A stretch of 58,154 nt of DNA, counting the filler, from Sphacelaria rigidula (taxonomy: Eukaryota), in the NCBI GenBank assembly GCA_964200075.2. It is 8 parts of 8 records of this genome, joined end to end, with 100 filler letters (N's around TTAATTAATTAA, not from the genome) between each part and the next. Parts side by side here need not be neighbours in the genome. Positions count along the whole stretch, not along the records: positions 7,283 to 14,464 come from CAXNAA020016096.1; positions 14,565 to 21,746 come from CAXNAA020016097.1; positions 21,847 to 29,028 come from CAXNAA020016098.1; 5 more parts are not named here. One strand, given 5' to 3'. A program made the position numbers and the translations under genes. Every line of letters starts with the position of its first letter. The stretch's first letter is position 1. Positions 11,915-23,518 of the stretch are shown piece after piece. Below the pieces are notes generated by a model. The model did no database searches. It was not told where the DNA came from and saw only the letters and a list, made by a program, of their open reading frames with translations.

Positions 11915-12646
11915 CACACAAAACAATTGAGGAGGAAAAACAAAAACAAAAACATTATCCCACTAGATGAAATCAACATTTGAGTGCTTGGTGGGACTCA
12001 AAATATCTCCAACGCCTTCTCCACAACACACTACAGGCCTGAAGAACGAAAGTTGATCCAAAGATCAACGATGCATCAAAGATCAACGACATTCAGCGGC
12101 TGCAGAGCGAACGATTCTCCGGAACCTTCCTGGTAAAAACAAGTGTGTGTGGGGGGGGATGAGTAACAAGAAGAGAAAATTAATATCACCGCCGTGCGGA
12201 ATGATCATCGACATCTACAATATACCTACAAAGAAGCAGATGGCGAGATACCACGGTAAGGTTTCGAAAAACCTTCCAACACGGTAACGAAATCATGTAA
12301 AATATTTGCAAACAAAAACAACAGGACGCGACGAAACGTAAGCGATATAGAAGGAGCGGAAGTATATGAAGGGGAAAAAAAAAAAAACTCTCTACCCAAT
12401 TATCTATCTCTGTCCAACACCTCTGTTGCGTTCACCACAGTGTGGGAGCATGGTTGTTTTCAAGGCTGTGCGTGTTGTGCTGTGCAGGGTAAATACCCGA
12501 AAGCGGGGGTAATTAGTAAGTTTATTTCGGTACGCTAGACAAATTTGAAATAACGTGTACCGAACATTCCATTCGCACCCCTGACAATAGATTACATAAT
12601 CGAAAAGCGTACCGCGTACAGTATTGAAATTTATCGTCTTTTTTGC

Positions 12647-12718
12647 GACGCGGTGGTGTAATGGTCCGACTGTCACCATTAGGGTGGAGAGAATGGGGGT
12701 TCGATTCCCGATGCGTTC
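12647..12718 (+). pseudogene. Degenerate tRNA-like sequence (tRNA pseudogene or SINE head)
   Basis: A box TGGTGTAATGG and B box GGTTCGATTCCC at tRNA spacing, with a partial acceptor stem GACGCG/TGCGTT. The D, anticodon and T stems have mismatches and U33 is absent. Confidence 0.6.
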
Positions 12719-13050
12719 CGAACAATCTGGTATGATTCGGAAGGGTGCATACCGCTAAACTACCTCTCTTATACTTTGTGTAAATTCCAGAATTTTCAGT
12801 CGGTATACCCTGCAGACCTCAATCTTGGTTTCAAACATCATGGGCACTTTGGGGACCATCTCTTAATTCGTCGGGATACGATATACTCTCCCTACAGCAC
12901 ACGAATGTGTTGACGAGGAGCATCGTATACATATACATGAACAAATATTTTTGCAAAAAAGACATGATACGCATTTTGTTTTTAGAAAAAATATCAAGCG
13001 ATGGCAGGACGACCGACTTGCAGCAGTAACCATCGGGGTTTTCACACGCC

Positions 13051-13601
13051 AGACGAGTCCGAGTCCAACTCATGTAACTCCTCCGACGACTCGAGACCCC
13101 ATGTACTGAATCTTGGATGACTCGTTCTACTCTAGCCATGGTCATCTACAATATCCAAAAAATCAGGTGGGACTCGAGTCGTACCGACATTGTTTTTGAC
13201 GACTGACTCGCGAGACTCGTGAGACTCGTGAGACTCGAGTCACACTCGTCCACATTCTTCAAAATAATTTGCGGGACTTGAGTCGTATTCATCCTGGTTG
13301 CGCCGAATGACTCCCGAGGTTCGACTTACACTTGTCCATATTATCAAAAAAAACTTGTGGGACTCGAGTCGCTCTCACACTATTTTAGTCAAAAGTTAGT
13401 GAGACTCAAGTCATACTCTTTCTCATTTCCCCCGGATAACTCGTTGGACTGAATTCGAACCCGTCCTCGTTGTCGACATGGCTCATAAGACTCGACTCCA
13501 ACTCGTCACCATTCTGACAAAGTGACTCGTGAGACCCGAGTCGTGCGCCATATTTTTCCTGGCTAACTCATGGGAGTCGAGTCAGCGCGAGTTACGAGTC
13601 G
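13051..13601. repeat. Degenerate array of G(A/G)GACTCGAGTC motifs
   Basis: More than 10 exact or near GACTCGAGTC/GACTCG motifs at ~40-60 bp spacing. Confidence 0.75.
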
Positions 13602-14086
13602 ACAGACAGACATGTGGAAGAGTTCTACGTAAAAGAGGAAGGAAACACGGGAAAGAAAATAAAACTGCAACGAACAGTAGAAAAATGAAAGAAACAGTGA
13701 AAAAACGGGAAAACAACACTTGAAAACTGGAAAAAAAAAGTCAACAGACAACAGTGAATTATAGAGCTCGTCAAAATGAGCACGTCATCTAGACATCCTC
13801 CTCGGCGACCCAACACGAATCAACCTACAAAGATACTACCATGGGAGACGGAAAAAGTCAAAGAAAAAAATATAGAAAAAAAAATTCTAACACCAATACT
13901 CTCAACTTGATGTTTGAAAAATGTGTTCGATGATTTGAAAAAGAAAAACATGGAAAAAAAACGAAAATAGTTCTTCAGCGGGATTGGAAAAAAAAGACAC
14001 ACAGGGGAAAATCAAGAGAAAATGGGAGAAAACTGAAATTCTGATGAAAAAAAATATCTCTTGTACTTGTTGGGTTTCATCGACAC

Positions 14087-14221
14087 CTTGTCTCCCGCGT
14101 AGACGCTGATCGGTAAACGCTTGGCCAGCTGCAGCAGTGACACGTGAAGCTGTTTGGCCTGCCAGGCGCCATGCCCCAGGTCGCAGTCTCGGTAGTGCCA
14201 CGCCATGCTTACCTCGCGGGT
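14087..14221 (-). CDS. Trehalose-6-phosphate synthase/phosphatase (TPS-TPP type), TPP-domain exon a
   Basis: TAG|TREVSMAWHYRDCDLGHGAWQAKQLHVSLLQLAKRLPISVYAGDK|GT matches the TPP cap motif (ExKExxLxWHYRxADPDFGxWQAKEL...V..G). 135 bp, phase 0-0. Confidence 0.9.
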
Positions 14222-14464
14222 CTAAGATTGCACCAACAACAGAACATGACACACACAAAGATCAAGTTTTTTTGAAAAATATAAGGATAATTGATTGCTG
14301 GTGGGAGTTTGCCTTTTGTTCGGTTGGTATTACGAACAGATGAAAGGGTTGGGATGGGATTGGGTTGCTTGTGGGAGGGGGGGGGGGGGGGGGGGGGGGG
14401 GGTTTTTTTTTTTAAACACGGGGAGGCAAAACAATTTTCTTTCTCGTTTTTTTTTATAATACAA

Positions 14465-14564
14465 NNNNNNNNNNNNNNNNNNNNNNNNNNNNNNNNNNNN
14501 NNNNNNNNTTAATTAATTAANNNNNNNNNNNNNNNNNNNNNNNNNNNNNNNNNNNNNNNNNNNN
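14465..14564. other. Artificial contig linker
   Basis: Same 100-bp N/TTAATTAATTAA linker. Confidence 0.98.
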
Positions 14565-14829
14565 TTTCCTCTTGTGAGATGTGGGCAAGAAGTTGGGTCA
14601 GACAGGGAGTGGTCGCCGGGGGCGACCGGTCCCTCGGGGGATGTTGAACCGTCCTGAATATTAGGCTCTTCCTGGCGTCACCCCGAGTTGTTTAGTTTCG
14701 TTGGCATTACAGAGTCCCCGGTAATCTGGTCTATTCGGACCGTTCCCGCCTTGTACCTGCTTGCTGTGGCTCTTTATACATGTGTGGCAGCAGTCTCTGA
14801 TATGTCACTGCAAAGAGGTATCCTCCACA
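14565..14829 (-). repeat. Putative 3' LTR (truncated by the contig edge)
   Basis: Starts TGTGGAGG immediately after a polypurine tract and contains TATA-like TATAAAG. No second LTR is available for comparison. Confidence 0.55.
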
Positions 14830-14843
14830 CTTTTCTCCCCTCT
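14830..14843 (-). promoter_or_regulatory. Polypurine tract
   Basis: AGAGGGGAGAAAAG directly before TGT, about 0.8 kb downstream of the chromodomain. Confidence 0.6.
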
Positions 14844-15639
14844 ATGCGCCTGTAGCCCATCGAGGCTATGGCTGGTGGGACGAGGCGATTATCAGCTTCG
14901 CTGATGATATAATCGTGGAAATTTCTTTCAGTGACTATAATTGATTGAGTCACGCCCCCACTACTCGCAAAGGTAGCCCTTCTCTATACTGTGGTATTGA
15001 GCAAACACCCCCAGTAAACTTGAGCTTCCTGTGGTCTATAATAGTGCATGTATTGCAAACCTTTTTATTTTGGTTTTCCCTGTCATGTAGTTGTCATATG
15101 TAACATGTTTCTATCAGATGTATTTGCACTTGGGTGCTGGTTGCATCTGCTGGTATACATGACTGGGAACTGGGACACTGATCGATCCACGGGCGCCTGG
15201 GTTATTCACGCCCGGGTTCTGGGACGCCTTCGGTTCCTCTGATACCTCCCTGTCGGACTACGTCCTTGCGGTAGTAACAAAGCGGTGGATACGATGTTTC
15301 TGGTCTGTGAGTATTGTGCTTTTTGTCTAAAATCGTCAAAATGACCCTTGCTTCTTGTCAGCAACTACCCCCATTGCTGAGAGGTTATCTTCCTTGGGAA
15401 ATTGCACCTTCGTCACCGCTGACATGTCAGATCTTCTTCTGTTCATGTCTGTATTGTTCTAACGTTGTGTTTTTACTCTCAATAATCCCCGAATTTTGAC
15501 CTCAGGCTACTGCTCAACCCTTGAGCGTTTTGCTAGGACGCTCGAACAGTCTGTTGAACAGTCACATCCGTTTCCGTTTCACCGTAGTCTTGGATTTCGA
15601 GTCCGGATGTGAGCATTCAGCTAACCCATTGTCATGACG

Positions 15640-15798
15640 GTACTTATCAATGAAGTGTTTACATTGCGGTATTTCATCCGCGCGGTAGGTCAGGTCAGCC
15701 GCTGGGCCGTAACCCTTGAGTCTCAACCGATATTTTTAGTTATGACTACTCCTCCGACCTGGGCCCGGTGCGTGACCTACCACTTTTTCGACGGTGTA
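15640..15798 (-). pseudogene. Chromodomain at the integrase C-terminus
   Basis: YTVEKVVGHAPGPGRRSSHN*KYRLRLKGYGPAADLTYRADEIPQCKHFIDKY. One in-frame TAA at 15736-15738. Confidence 0.8.
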
Positions 15799-15859
15799 GC
15801 GTTGTTCTATTGTGGGCAATGTTCCGTCTGGTTGATCTATCTCTGGTAGGGGTATCTGT

Positions 15860-17010
15860 CTACCAAGAACAACTCGCTCAACTTTTCAAAGCCTGGAGCT
15901 GGTGCGGTTTCTCGCGGGTGATATTTCTTCAAATGAACGAGATGTACTGACGTTTCCTCAGAGCCGTCCCCAATTCTGCATACAACCGGCCATCGCCTCT
16001 CGGTTATCGTGAATGGACCTCTCCAGGGTAATTGGAGTTTGGGGTTCGGCCCTTCTGAATCTTGATACGGTCGATACAAAGGTACTTTTTGCCCCGGCTT
16101 GAACACTGGGAAATATTTGAATTCGTTTTGGTTTTCTTGCTCGCTCGCTCTTTCTCGTAAGGCTTGTCTCGCAATTTCAAATCCAAACTTTAGGTTTTCC
16201 CGTGTTTCGTTGGAAAATTCTTCGGGCGTTGCTGCTTGGCTCTCTTCCGGTATGCCGAGAAACATGTCAATTGGGAATCTGAGCTGTCTTCCGAACAACA
16301 AAAAATACGGTGTTTCTTGCACTGTATTGTGACAAGAGGTGTTATACGCCATTTGGACGGATGGAAGATGGATGCCCAGATTTTGTTTCCGACTGACATA
16401 TGCATAGCTAACATCGCGTGCATAGTGGAGTGGACGCGTTCCGACACTGAATTACCTCGCGGTTGCAGTGGTGTCGTACGAGTTTTATTGAAACCCAACT
16501 CCTGTTGCAGTGCGTATATTAATTTGTTCTCGAACTCTGCGCTCTGGTCAGAGTAAAGCTTCATCGGGATGCCAAATGTCGTAAAAACTCTGCCGATAAG
16601 GGTTTTTGACTATCGCCGTGGCTTGTTTATTCGGAACTGGAATGAGCAAAGCATACCTTGTGAGGTGGTCCATTACTGACAGTATATATTTGCATAGTAC
16701 TCCGGCGTTGGACATTGAAGTCGTTTTGTATTCAACCAGGTCAACCGACACTCGTTCATATGGCATTTCTACCGGAACATGTCCCATTGGCAATCTTTGC
16801 CGGCGGGGCGTCTTTCGGCGTTGGCAACTTTGACATTTTAAGCACCAATCCTTTGTATCACGGTTCATTGATGGCCAATAACATTTCGGTCGGATCTTGT
16901 CGTATGTTCGCTTGAATCCTTAGTGGCCCCCGGACAGTGCATGGTTGTGGTATGAATGTAGCACCAAGCCTATTAGGGTCTTGGGTAGCATAAGTTGGTC
17001 ACAAACTGTG
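15860..17010 (-). pseudogene. Gypsy integrase (HHCC, DDE core, GPF motif)
   Basis: SYHNHALSGGH*GFKRTY...CLKCQSC; VSVDLVE; YSDQSAEF; NSVSERVHST; AYNTS; WRGPFTI. Split by frameshifts and a stop. Confidence 0.93.
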
Positions 17011-17389
17011 CTTCGTTTTTTCAAGTATCCCGTCAAGCAAGACTTGAATAAAATCCCGTCATGTACTGAATCATGTGATATCGATGTGAGCGATTCTTTT
17101 TCTCGCATCGAAGCATCTTTTCCGTGATATATTGGATGTAGGCTCCGTACTCTAGTGCTTGCTCTCCTCGCAATTTTTTGCGGTCGATTGACGTGAAGAC
17201 GTTGGCTGCGCTTACGTGTACTGATTTCACCGTGAACAACTCTCGATCACTTTGCACCGGTTTCAAATTGTCAAGCTTCTCAGCCGAAATCCGGAACTGA
17301 TGTTGTGGTTCAGCTATTTGTAACTCAGGGTCTTCTGGGACGTTACGGCATATCGGCGCAAGTAACGGCCTGATTTCCGCTTCCTGTCG

Positions 17390-17808
17390 CTTTTCAAACG
17401 CGAACAGCCGTGAAAGGGTGTCCGGTCTAACATGAAGTTTCCCCGGTTTATGTTTGACCGTGAAATCATACGATTGCAATGCGATCGCCCACCGGTTCAA
17501 CATATTACTTGTACCCTGCATCGCATACAAATATGGAAGAGCGGCATGGTCACACACGTAAAGTGACGTCCCCACAGAAAGGGTCTGAAATGTTGGATCG
17601 CTAGTACGACCGCGTAACATTCTTTCATGGTGGGCGAATAGCGGCCTTGGGCGTCCTTGAAACGTTGACTAAAGTATGCTACGATTGCCTCGTCTTCGCC
17701 TTTCCTTTGGGAAACGTAGGCCCCGGCCCCTCGGTCTGAAGCATCGACGTTTATGGTCAAGTATTTCGTGAAACCTGGAAAATGAAGGACGGGTGCCTCG
17801 GTCATCAT
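17390..17808 (-). pseudogene. Gypsy RNase H
   Basis: VDASDRGAGA; YSPTMKECYAVVLA; CDHAALPYL; RWAIALQSYDFTVKHKPGKLHVRPDTLSR. One frameshift. Confidence 0.92.
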
Positions 17809-18700
17809 TTTTTTTCATTTTTCCGAAGGCTTCATCATGTTCCGTATTCCAGAGTTTCGACACCTGTTTTGCTGCCTCTTTTTTCGTGAGGTCTACCAGT
17901 AGTGCTATGGTTGTAGTCAAGTCTGGTATGAATTTCCGTACGAAATTTGTTGTACCGAGTACTGATCGCAACTCTTTGATGTTGGTGGGTTTCGGCAAGT
18001 GGAGGATAGCTTTTATTCTTTCATCACTCACTTTGATGCCATCTGCGGGTAGTACATGGCCCACGTATTTAACCCGCTCCGGATCAAGTTGGATTCTTGT
18101 CGGCTTTAGTGTGAGGCCTGCTGTTTGCAGTGCTTTGAACGTGCTTTCTAGTAGGCTGAGGTTACTCTCCCAGCTCGATGAACAACAAATTATGTCATCC
18201 ATATACACTAGTAAACCACTCTTGGGTTCAAAGTGTGCAAATGCTAGGGCCATTATGCGTGACAAGATGAAGGGTGCACACGCTAAACTAGTGCCAAACG
18301 GTAGACAGTTGAACACCCATTTCCCTCGTCGAGTTACCAACGCTGTTTTCTCTTTTTCGCTCTCCGCCACTGGTATCTGGTGGAATGCACTTTGTACGTC
18401 GCAAACTGTTATGAATTTCGCCCCCGCTACTGTGTCTATGTGACTTTCGATAGCTGGCATGGGCGATGATTTGCGAATCAAGTTTCTATTTATCGTTGCT
18501 CGATAATCTACGCAAAATCGTGCTGTTCCGTCTGCTTCTGCGACTTTTGTAACTGCTGACCCCCACGGGCTTGGGCGTTGTTCTACTATACCATATTTTT
18601 CCATCTGATCGACGCATTTGTCAGTTGCGTCCTGCACTCTGGGATTTGCTCTATATGGAGCTCGGTCTACGGCCTGAGTCCCAGGTTTGAGCGGAAAACG
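17809..18700 (-). pseudogene. Gypsy reverse transcriptase
   Basis: SPWGSAV; RFCVDYRA; CDVQSAFHQI; LPFG; VYMDDII; VKYVGH; LRSVLGTTNFVRKFIP. Confidence 0.95.
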
Positions 18701-19336
18701 TGCTTCATCTCACGTACAACAACCCAACTCCTGCGGAGTAAGTGAAAACACAGAACGGTATTTTGCGCAAAGATCCAGTATTTGAGACCACTGTTCCGGG
18801 GAAAAGGTTGTATTTTCGAAAGCTTTGCGTACCGCTGGACGTAATTCCTCTTTTGCATTTTCTCTCTCTGACACCTTATTTTCCGCCATTGCACTGACTG
18901 TGACTGGTTTTGTTTCTCGTATTGGGGTGATATAGCCTAAAATCGTATTACGTTTCAGGTTCACATGTCGGTTCGACGGGTTGGCGATTTGTACCATTGC
19001 CGCTTTATTCGTTGCCGACCATGTGCACACCGTCCTTGCAACGATGATGTGCGTTAACGCTTGGGGTACATCGGTTGATCGAATGTTTTCTTCGGTTATT
19101 ATGCGTGACTCTACGACAGCTGCTGTTGTTGTTGACGGGGTATTTTCCGTTTCAAGTAATACGGCCATCTCACTCTGCGGAGGCACATTGCATTTCTTCG
19201 TGAGAAAAACTGGAACAGCGTTTGAACAGTTCACACTGACTACAGAACAATGCGTCGTTCCGGGGTGTGTTGTGTTTTGTGAATGCTGTTGTTTTCGATG
19301 CGATGCTTTGATTACTATACTGGAATCACGGAATGT

Positions 19337-19700
19337 TCACTCTTCCGCTGGCCAGTCGAGTATAGCTTGGAAAGCACTCATAATGGAATTGTCTAGTAAG
19401 AGGCAATCCGGTCCTACGTTAGGTAATACAAACGCCTCTACTGGTGGGGTTTTTATCCCTAAAGTAAGTTCGAAACGTATGGACCCTAGAATTTTCATGG
19501 GGGAGCCATCCGCGCTTCTGAGATCTATCGATCCTCGCGTTACTGGCTTTATATCAGCTGCCATTATGGCCGGGTGTTCATTGATGAACCTTCTGCTGAT
19601 ACCGGGCACATCTGCTGCGGAATCGACTGTGATTTTTTCAGCGGCAGTGCCGTTTACTCTGGCTGCGACTCTCACACGGGCTGATGCACAGGATAGCGCT
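19337..19700 (-). pseudogene. Gypsy aspartic protease
   Basis: KITVDSAADVPGIS (D-S-A variant of D[ST]G); LRSADGSPMKILG; CLLLDNSIM. Confidence 0.8.
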
Positions 19701-20099
19701 AGAGGTGCATCTGTATACCTGGCAGGCGATGATGCATTGTATGCGTCATAACTGATCATTTCAGATCGGGTTTGAAAATGAAGGTTGGTGTTTCGATTTT
19801 TTATATTTCTGCGATGAGTTACTCACAAAAGCCGCCTGCGGAGCTAGAAATATACGTTGCGCCTGTTCGACGCATTCGCCATTTGTACTCTGCCCTCTGC
19901 TGCTATGCTCCTGCTCTTGCTCATCTTGAACGTGATTGACCTCTACCCGAGACCTCTTACTCATTCTCCGTGATTGATCTGCTGTACTGTCAGAAAAATG
20001 AAACTCTCCCATCTCACGACCCAAAGGGTTGACGATTTCGCGTCCTTCTGTTTCCCTCGATTTTTTACGTGAAGATTTATCGTTTCTGCCCTGATCAGA

Positions 20100-21683
20100 T
20101 GAGGGATCCTCTCTTGGGCGTCTTCACGGGTAGTACTTTTTGGCAAACTCTACATGGCTCTGCATAAGGCGGCAATCCGCTGTCTCGTGTGTGTTCTTGT
20201 ACCTGCATGGTGCGTACTGAAACGGCCCGATTTTTTTGTTTTACCGCTCAACTGCTTGTCATTGGATGTACTCTTATCATTACTGTCCTTGAAGCGTACT
20301 TTTTTTATCTCTCCCCCTGATCTACTCGCACTCCTGTCCCTGCTAGCAGACCGTTTCTCCACTCTTCCTCTCTCCCCTTTATAATCGCTTTCAACTGCGA
20401 CTGGAGGTCCGTAAGGATTGCCCCATGATCGGCTATCATTTCCGCTAGCTGTGGACGTGGGGAATTGACGGTTGCGGCCGAGACATGGGGAGTGTCTCCG
20501 GTTTGGTTTGGCCATGTGCGGAGGTTGTTTTGTTCATGTTTTTTCGATCGCGCTGTCGCAGTTTGGAAGTCGAGCGTACTATCTTCTCTCACTATTTCAA
20601 CTCTGATATGGGGTTTGAACCCGATCTCAAATGCTGCTGTTGTGATCACGTCTATTTTGAAGCGAAGCGTGTTGTGGCCGCGGAATTCTACCCGCTAGGC
20701 CTCGGTCACGAATCTGTCCATCGAAGTCGTACACTCCAGTGCATAGTTGTCTACGTTCTGATCTTCTTTCTGTTTCAGATCGGCTATCGCACGGGCTAAC
20801 AATGCTAGTTGGTTTGGTGGAGGGAAGCGATGAGTGTAGGCCGCTACCCATTCTGTCCAAGTTTTCGGGGCGATGGGTGCAGTATCTTTTCCTCTCGAGT
20901 TGAGGTCTTGTAGCACAGCTAGTGGACGCCACTCTACTTTTCCGCTCCCTAGGGGGGTGTATAACGTTTCTGCTGACCCTCTTAGGATAAGTGGTGAGTG
21001 TTTTATGGCGTGCCGTTGTACCGTGGATTCTGTGCAATCGTCAGGGGCATGAATCCTAACTCGATTGAGAAACGCGCCGAGAATTGCCGCCACGTCCCCA
21101 CTCCGTTTTCCTTCTAGGATTAACGTTGATGGGAGATCCGATTGTTTCATCGATTTTTTGTATTTCTCATGGTGCTACTATGGCTTGTAGATGGCGGAGT
21201 TAGCACTGAACTAGACATAGTCTCTACGTTGTGGCTGTTCTCCTGTACGTTAGTGAGGCTTGTTGGCGGATCTAACGTCAAAGTCCCAGAGCTCTCTGTG
21301 GATTGGATTGACGTAGTGTTAGGCAATTCAACCTCTAAATTATCGACTGGATCATTGACACTATCCTGGGGTTCATTCGTATTGTTCTGTGGCATCGTAC
21401 TGTTACTTGGGTGTTTTATTCGGATGCTACTGGGTTGCTAGCTTTTGATACCTGTGAAACTCCTTTGTCCTGTGGTACCGAAACCCCCTATGAATGCATT
21501 ACCCACGGAGCTGGTTCCGTACCCTCCTCGTCGCTCCTCTCCAGCGCCCCATATGCGAGCTCTGCTGCCTTTTCCTTGATGGTGGGCTGTGGCGTAGGGG
21601 TTGGCGTAGAGGATGAGGATAATGTGGTGGGATCTCGTAGCGCATCAAACCGTCCGGTGGACACCTGACGGATGCCTGTGCTC
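20100..21683 (-). pseudogene. Gypsy gag with degenerate zinc knuckle
   Basis: TWTEWVAAYTHRFPP...LKQKEDQNVDNYALE is capsid-like. FQYAPCRYKNTHETADC at ~20170-20222 is CCHC-like with the first Cys mutated. Confidence 0.75.
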
Positions 21684-21746
21684 TGTGACGGTTTAAGAGA
21701 CAACCAACTAGACTACTGACCAGTCAGCGCTGACCGGTCAGTAGTC
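21684..21746. mobile_element. Palindromic TGTGACGG element, copy 1 (truncated by the contig end)
   Basis: TGTGACGGTTTAAGAGACAACCAACTAGACTACTGACCAGTCAGC|GCTGACCGGTCAGTAGTC. Centre AGCGCT at 21726-21731. Confidence 0.8.
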
Positions 21747-21846
21747 NNNNNNNNNNNNNNNNNNNNNNNNNNNNNNNNNNNNNNNNNNNNTTAATTAATT
21801 AANNNNNNNNNNNNNNNNNNNNNNNNNNNNNNNNNNNNNNNNNNNN
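21747..21846. other. Artificial contig linker
   Basis: Same 100-bp linker. Confidence 0.98.
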
Positions 21847-22260
21847 CTCTTCAACTTTGCATCCTATTTCTACCCCTTCTTTCTCCCATGACTCTTGGAT
21901 CCCTTCTATATCTAGGTCGTGTTTACTCACTCGTTTCGCCATCTCTCCCCGTTTGCGCTCGTCTGTGGCGAATCCACACACGTTCCACGATCCTATTCTC
22001 AACCTCCTTTGCGAATCACTTTCTGCTCTCTTGCTGTCTCCTGTCCTCTTCCCATGTCCCTTACTTCTTATTTCCCTTGCTTGCTTGTTCTGCCCCTCGC
22101 CGGTTTGGACTTCGTCCACTCGCTTCGGAGCGCTGTGTCCCCTCTCCTCCCCCTTTCGGCCACTTACCTGTTCATGCCCCTCTTTCTCTCCGTTCGCCCG
22201 TGCACTACGCCTTAGGTTTGTTGTTCCGTTAGCAATACATACTCTAACCTTCGAACCCAT
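21847..22260 (-). mobile_element. LINE ORF2 N-terminus (apurinic endonuclease), truncated by the contig edge
   Basis: LRIGSWNVCGF...KHDLDIEGIQESWE matches APE motifs I-II (SWNV, D..xxQE). Confidence 0.85.
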
Positions 22261-23518
22261 GCCGATACCTTACTCGTTTCTATCCTTTCCCACTCCTTGC
22301 TCGCTCCCTGTTTTAGTGTGACTCGGAAGTCTTCTCCCTCCCTTTCTACTTTCCCTGTTTGGCACCCAAATATCACCATATTTCTCCAACCCGAGTGAAG
22401 GCTCACTCCTCACTTGAAACAAACTACAACACAGAAAGACTCTTGTGTTCGTCAGCTCAAAAGACAGGCGGATTTGAGGACAAGGAGGTAGAGGTGGTGT
22501 CAAGGAAGCGAACAGTTTACCCATTGAACCAGTAAGCACTCACTGGGTAAAGTAAACTGCTCGCTCGCTTGACAGGTGGTTCTTGCAGTTACTGATACTG
22601 TAGTCGTCAGTTCCATATATTTGAGCTGGTGCGATCGAGACAGACACGACAAGGAAACGCAACACACGTCTACACATCGAATGATTAAAAAGCGCACACA
22701 GACGCCCGCCACACACGCGCATGGTAAGCCAGTTTTCAAAGTTCTGAATCCAGTACATACAGTAATAAATTCCTCACATGAAAACAAACAGGAGCGATTT
22801 TGGAGTCCGGTCAACCCAACATTTTCATGCGATAACACTGCTGTACGGTGGAGCCATTTTGTCCATCCATTAGATCTGTAGACAGGTTTCACACTGTGGT
22901 GGCTGTTACAGCAGTCAGCACCAATCCTGTCCGTCTAACTTTTTCACTTGATGACATACTACACAAGGGTGGTCTGTTTGTCCACCAGCTTTGCAGCAAG
23001 TTGCAAGATGTGGCGGTTCTATCAGGAGTCGTCGTAGGTTCGACATCTTTGCGCTGGTACAAGGAAAACGCGTTAAGGAAACGCAAGAACTCCGAAAATC
23101 ATGCATAGGCACTCGACACTAGGCTTCTATACTTATTATGCTAGCACGGCTTTACTTAATAGCGACCCCACATTATTTTCAAGATAAACGAAGTCTTCAA
23201 AAACCGTGCTAGCATAAAAAGTAGAAGCCTACTCGACACACACGTGAATCAGCCCCGCCAATGATGCCACTACTGTAACCGTTGCTTATCATGAATTCTA
23301 CCTTCGTAAAAAGCCGAAACCTCCTCACCTCTAAACGATGAGGTGGAACGAACAGTATACAACATGCGAATGGCGTCAGAAAACTCCGCGCGCTGCTCCA
23401 GATCCTACATTTCGACACGAGAGAGAAGCACGAAAACCAGCTACCCTGCCGTGAAATACCAACTCCGCCACCCCTCGTGGCACTGGGACCAGACGAAGCC
23501 CTACAATATTTTCATAAA

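Larger units (their letters stand above)
14565..21683 (-). mobile_element. Decayed Ty3/Gypsy LTR retrotransposon with chromodomain
   Basis: Domain order gag-PR-RT-RH-IN-chromo, then PPT and a TG-starting 3' LTR. Many frameshifts and stops. The 5' end is interrupted by a palindromic insert and the contig end. Confidence 0.95.

Noticed and set aside
12647..12718. Ochre-suppressor tRNA (loop CATTAGG could give anticodon TTA)
   Set aside because: U33 is absent and the D, anticodon, T and acceptor stems have mismatches. It fits a decayed tRNA-derived sequence better.
21684..21746. 5' LTR of the Gypsy element
   Set aside because: No TGG primer-binding site follows, it shows no similarity to the putative 3' LTR, and the same palindrome occurs without Gypsy sequence at 28917.
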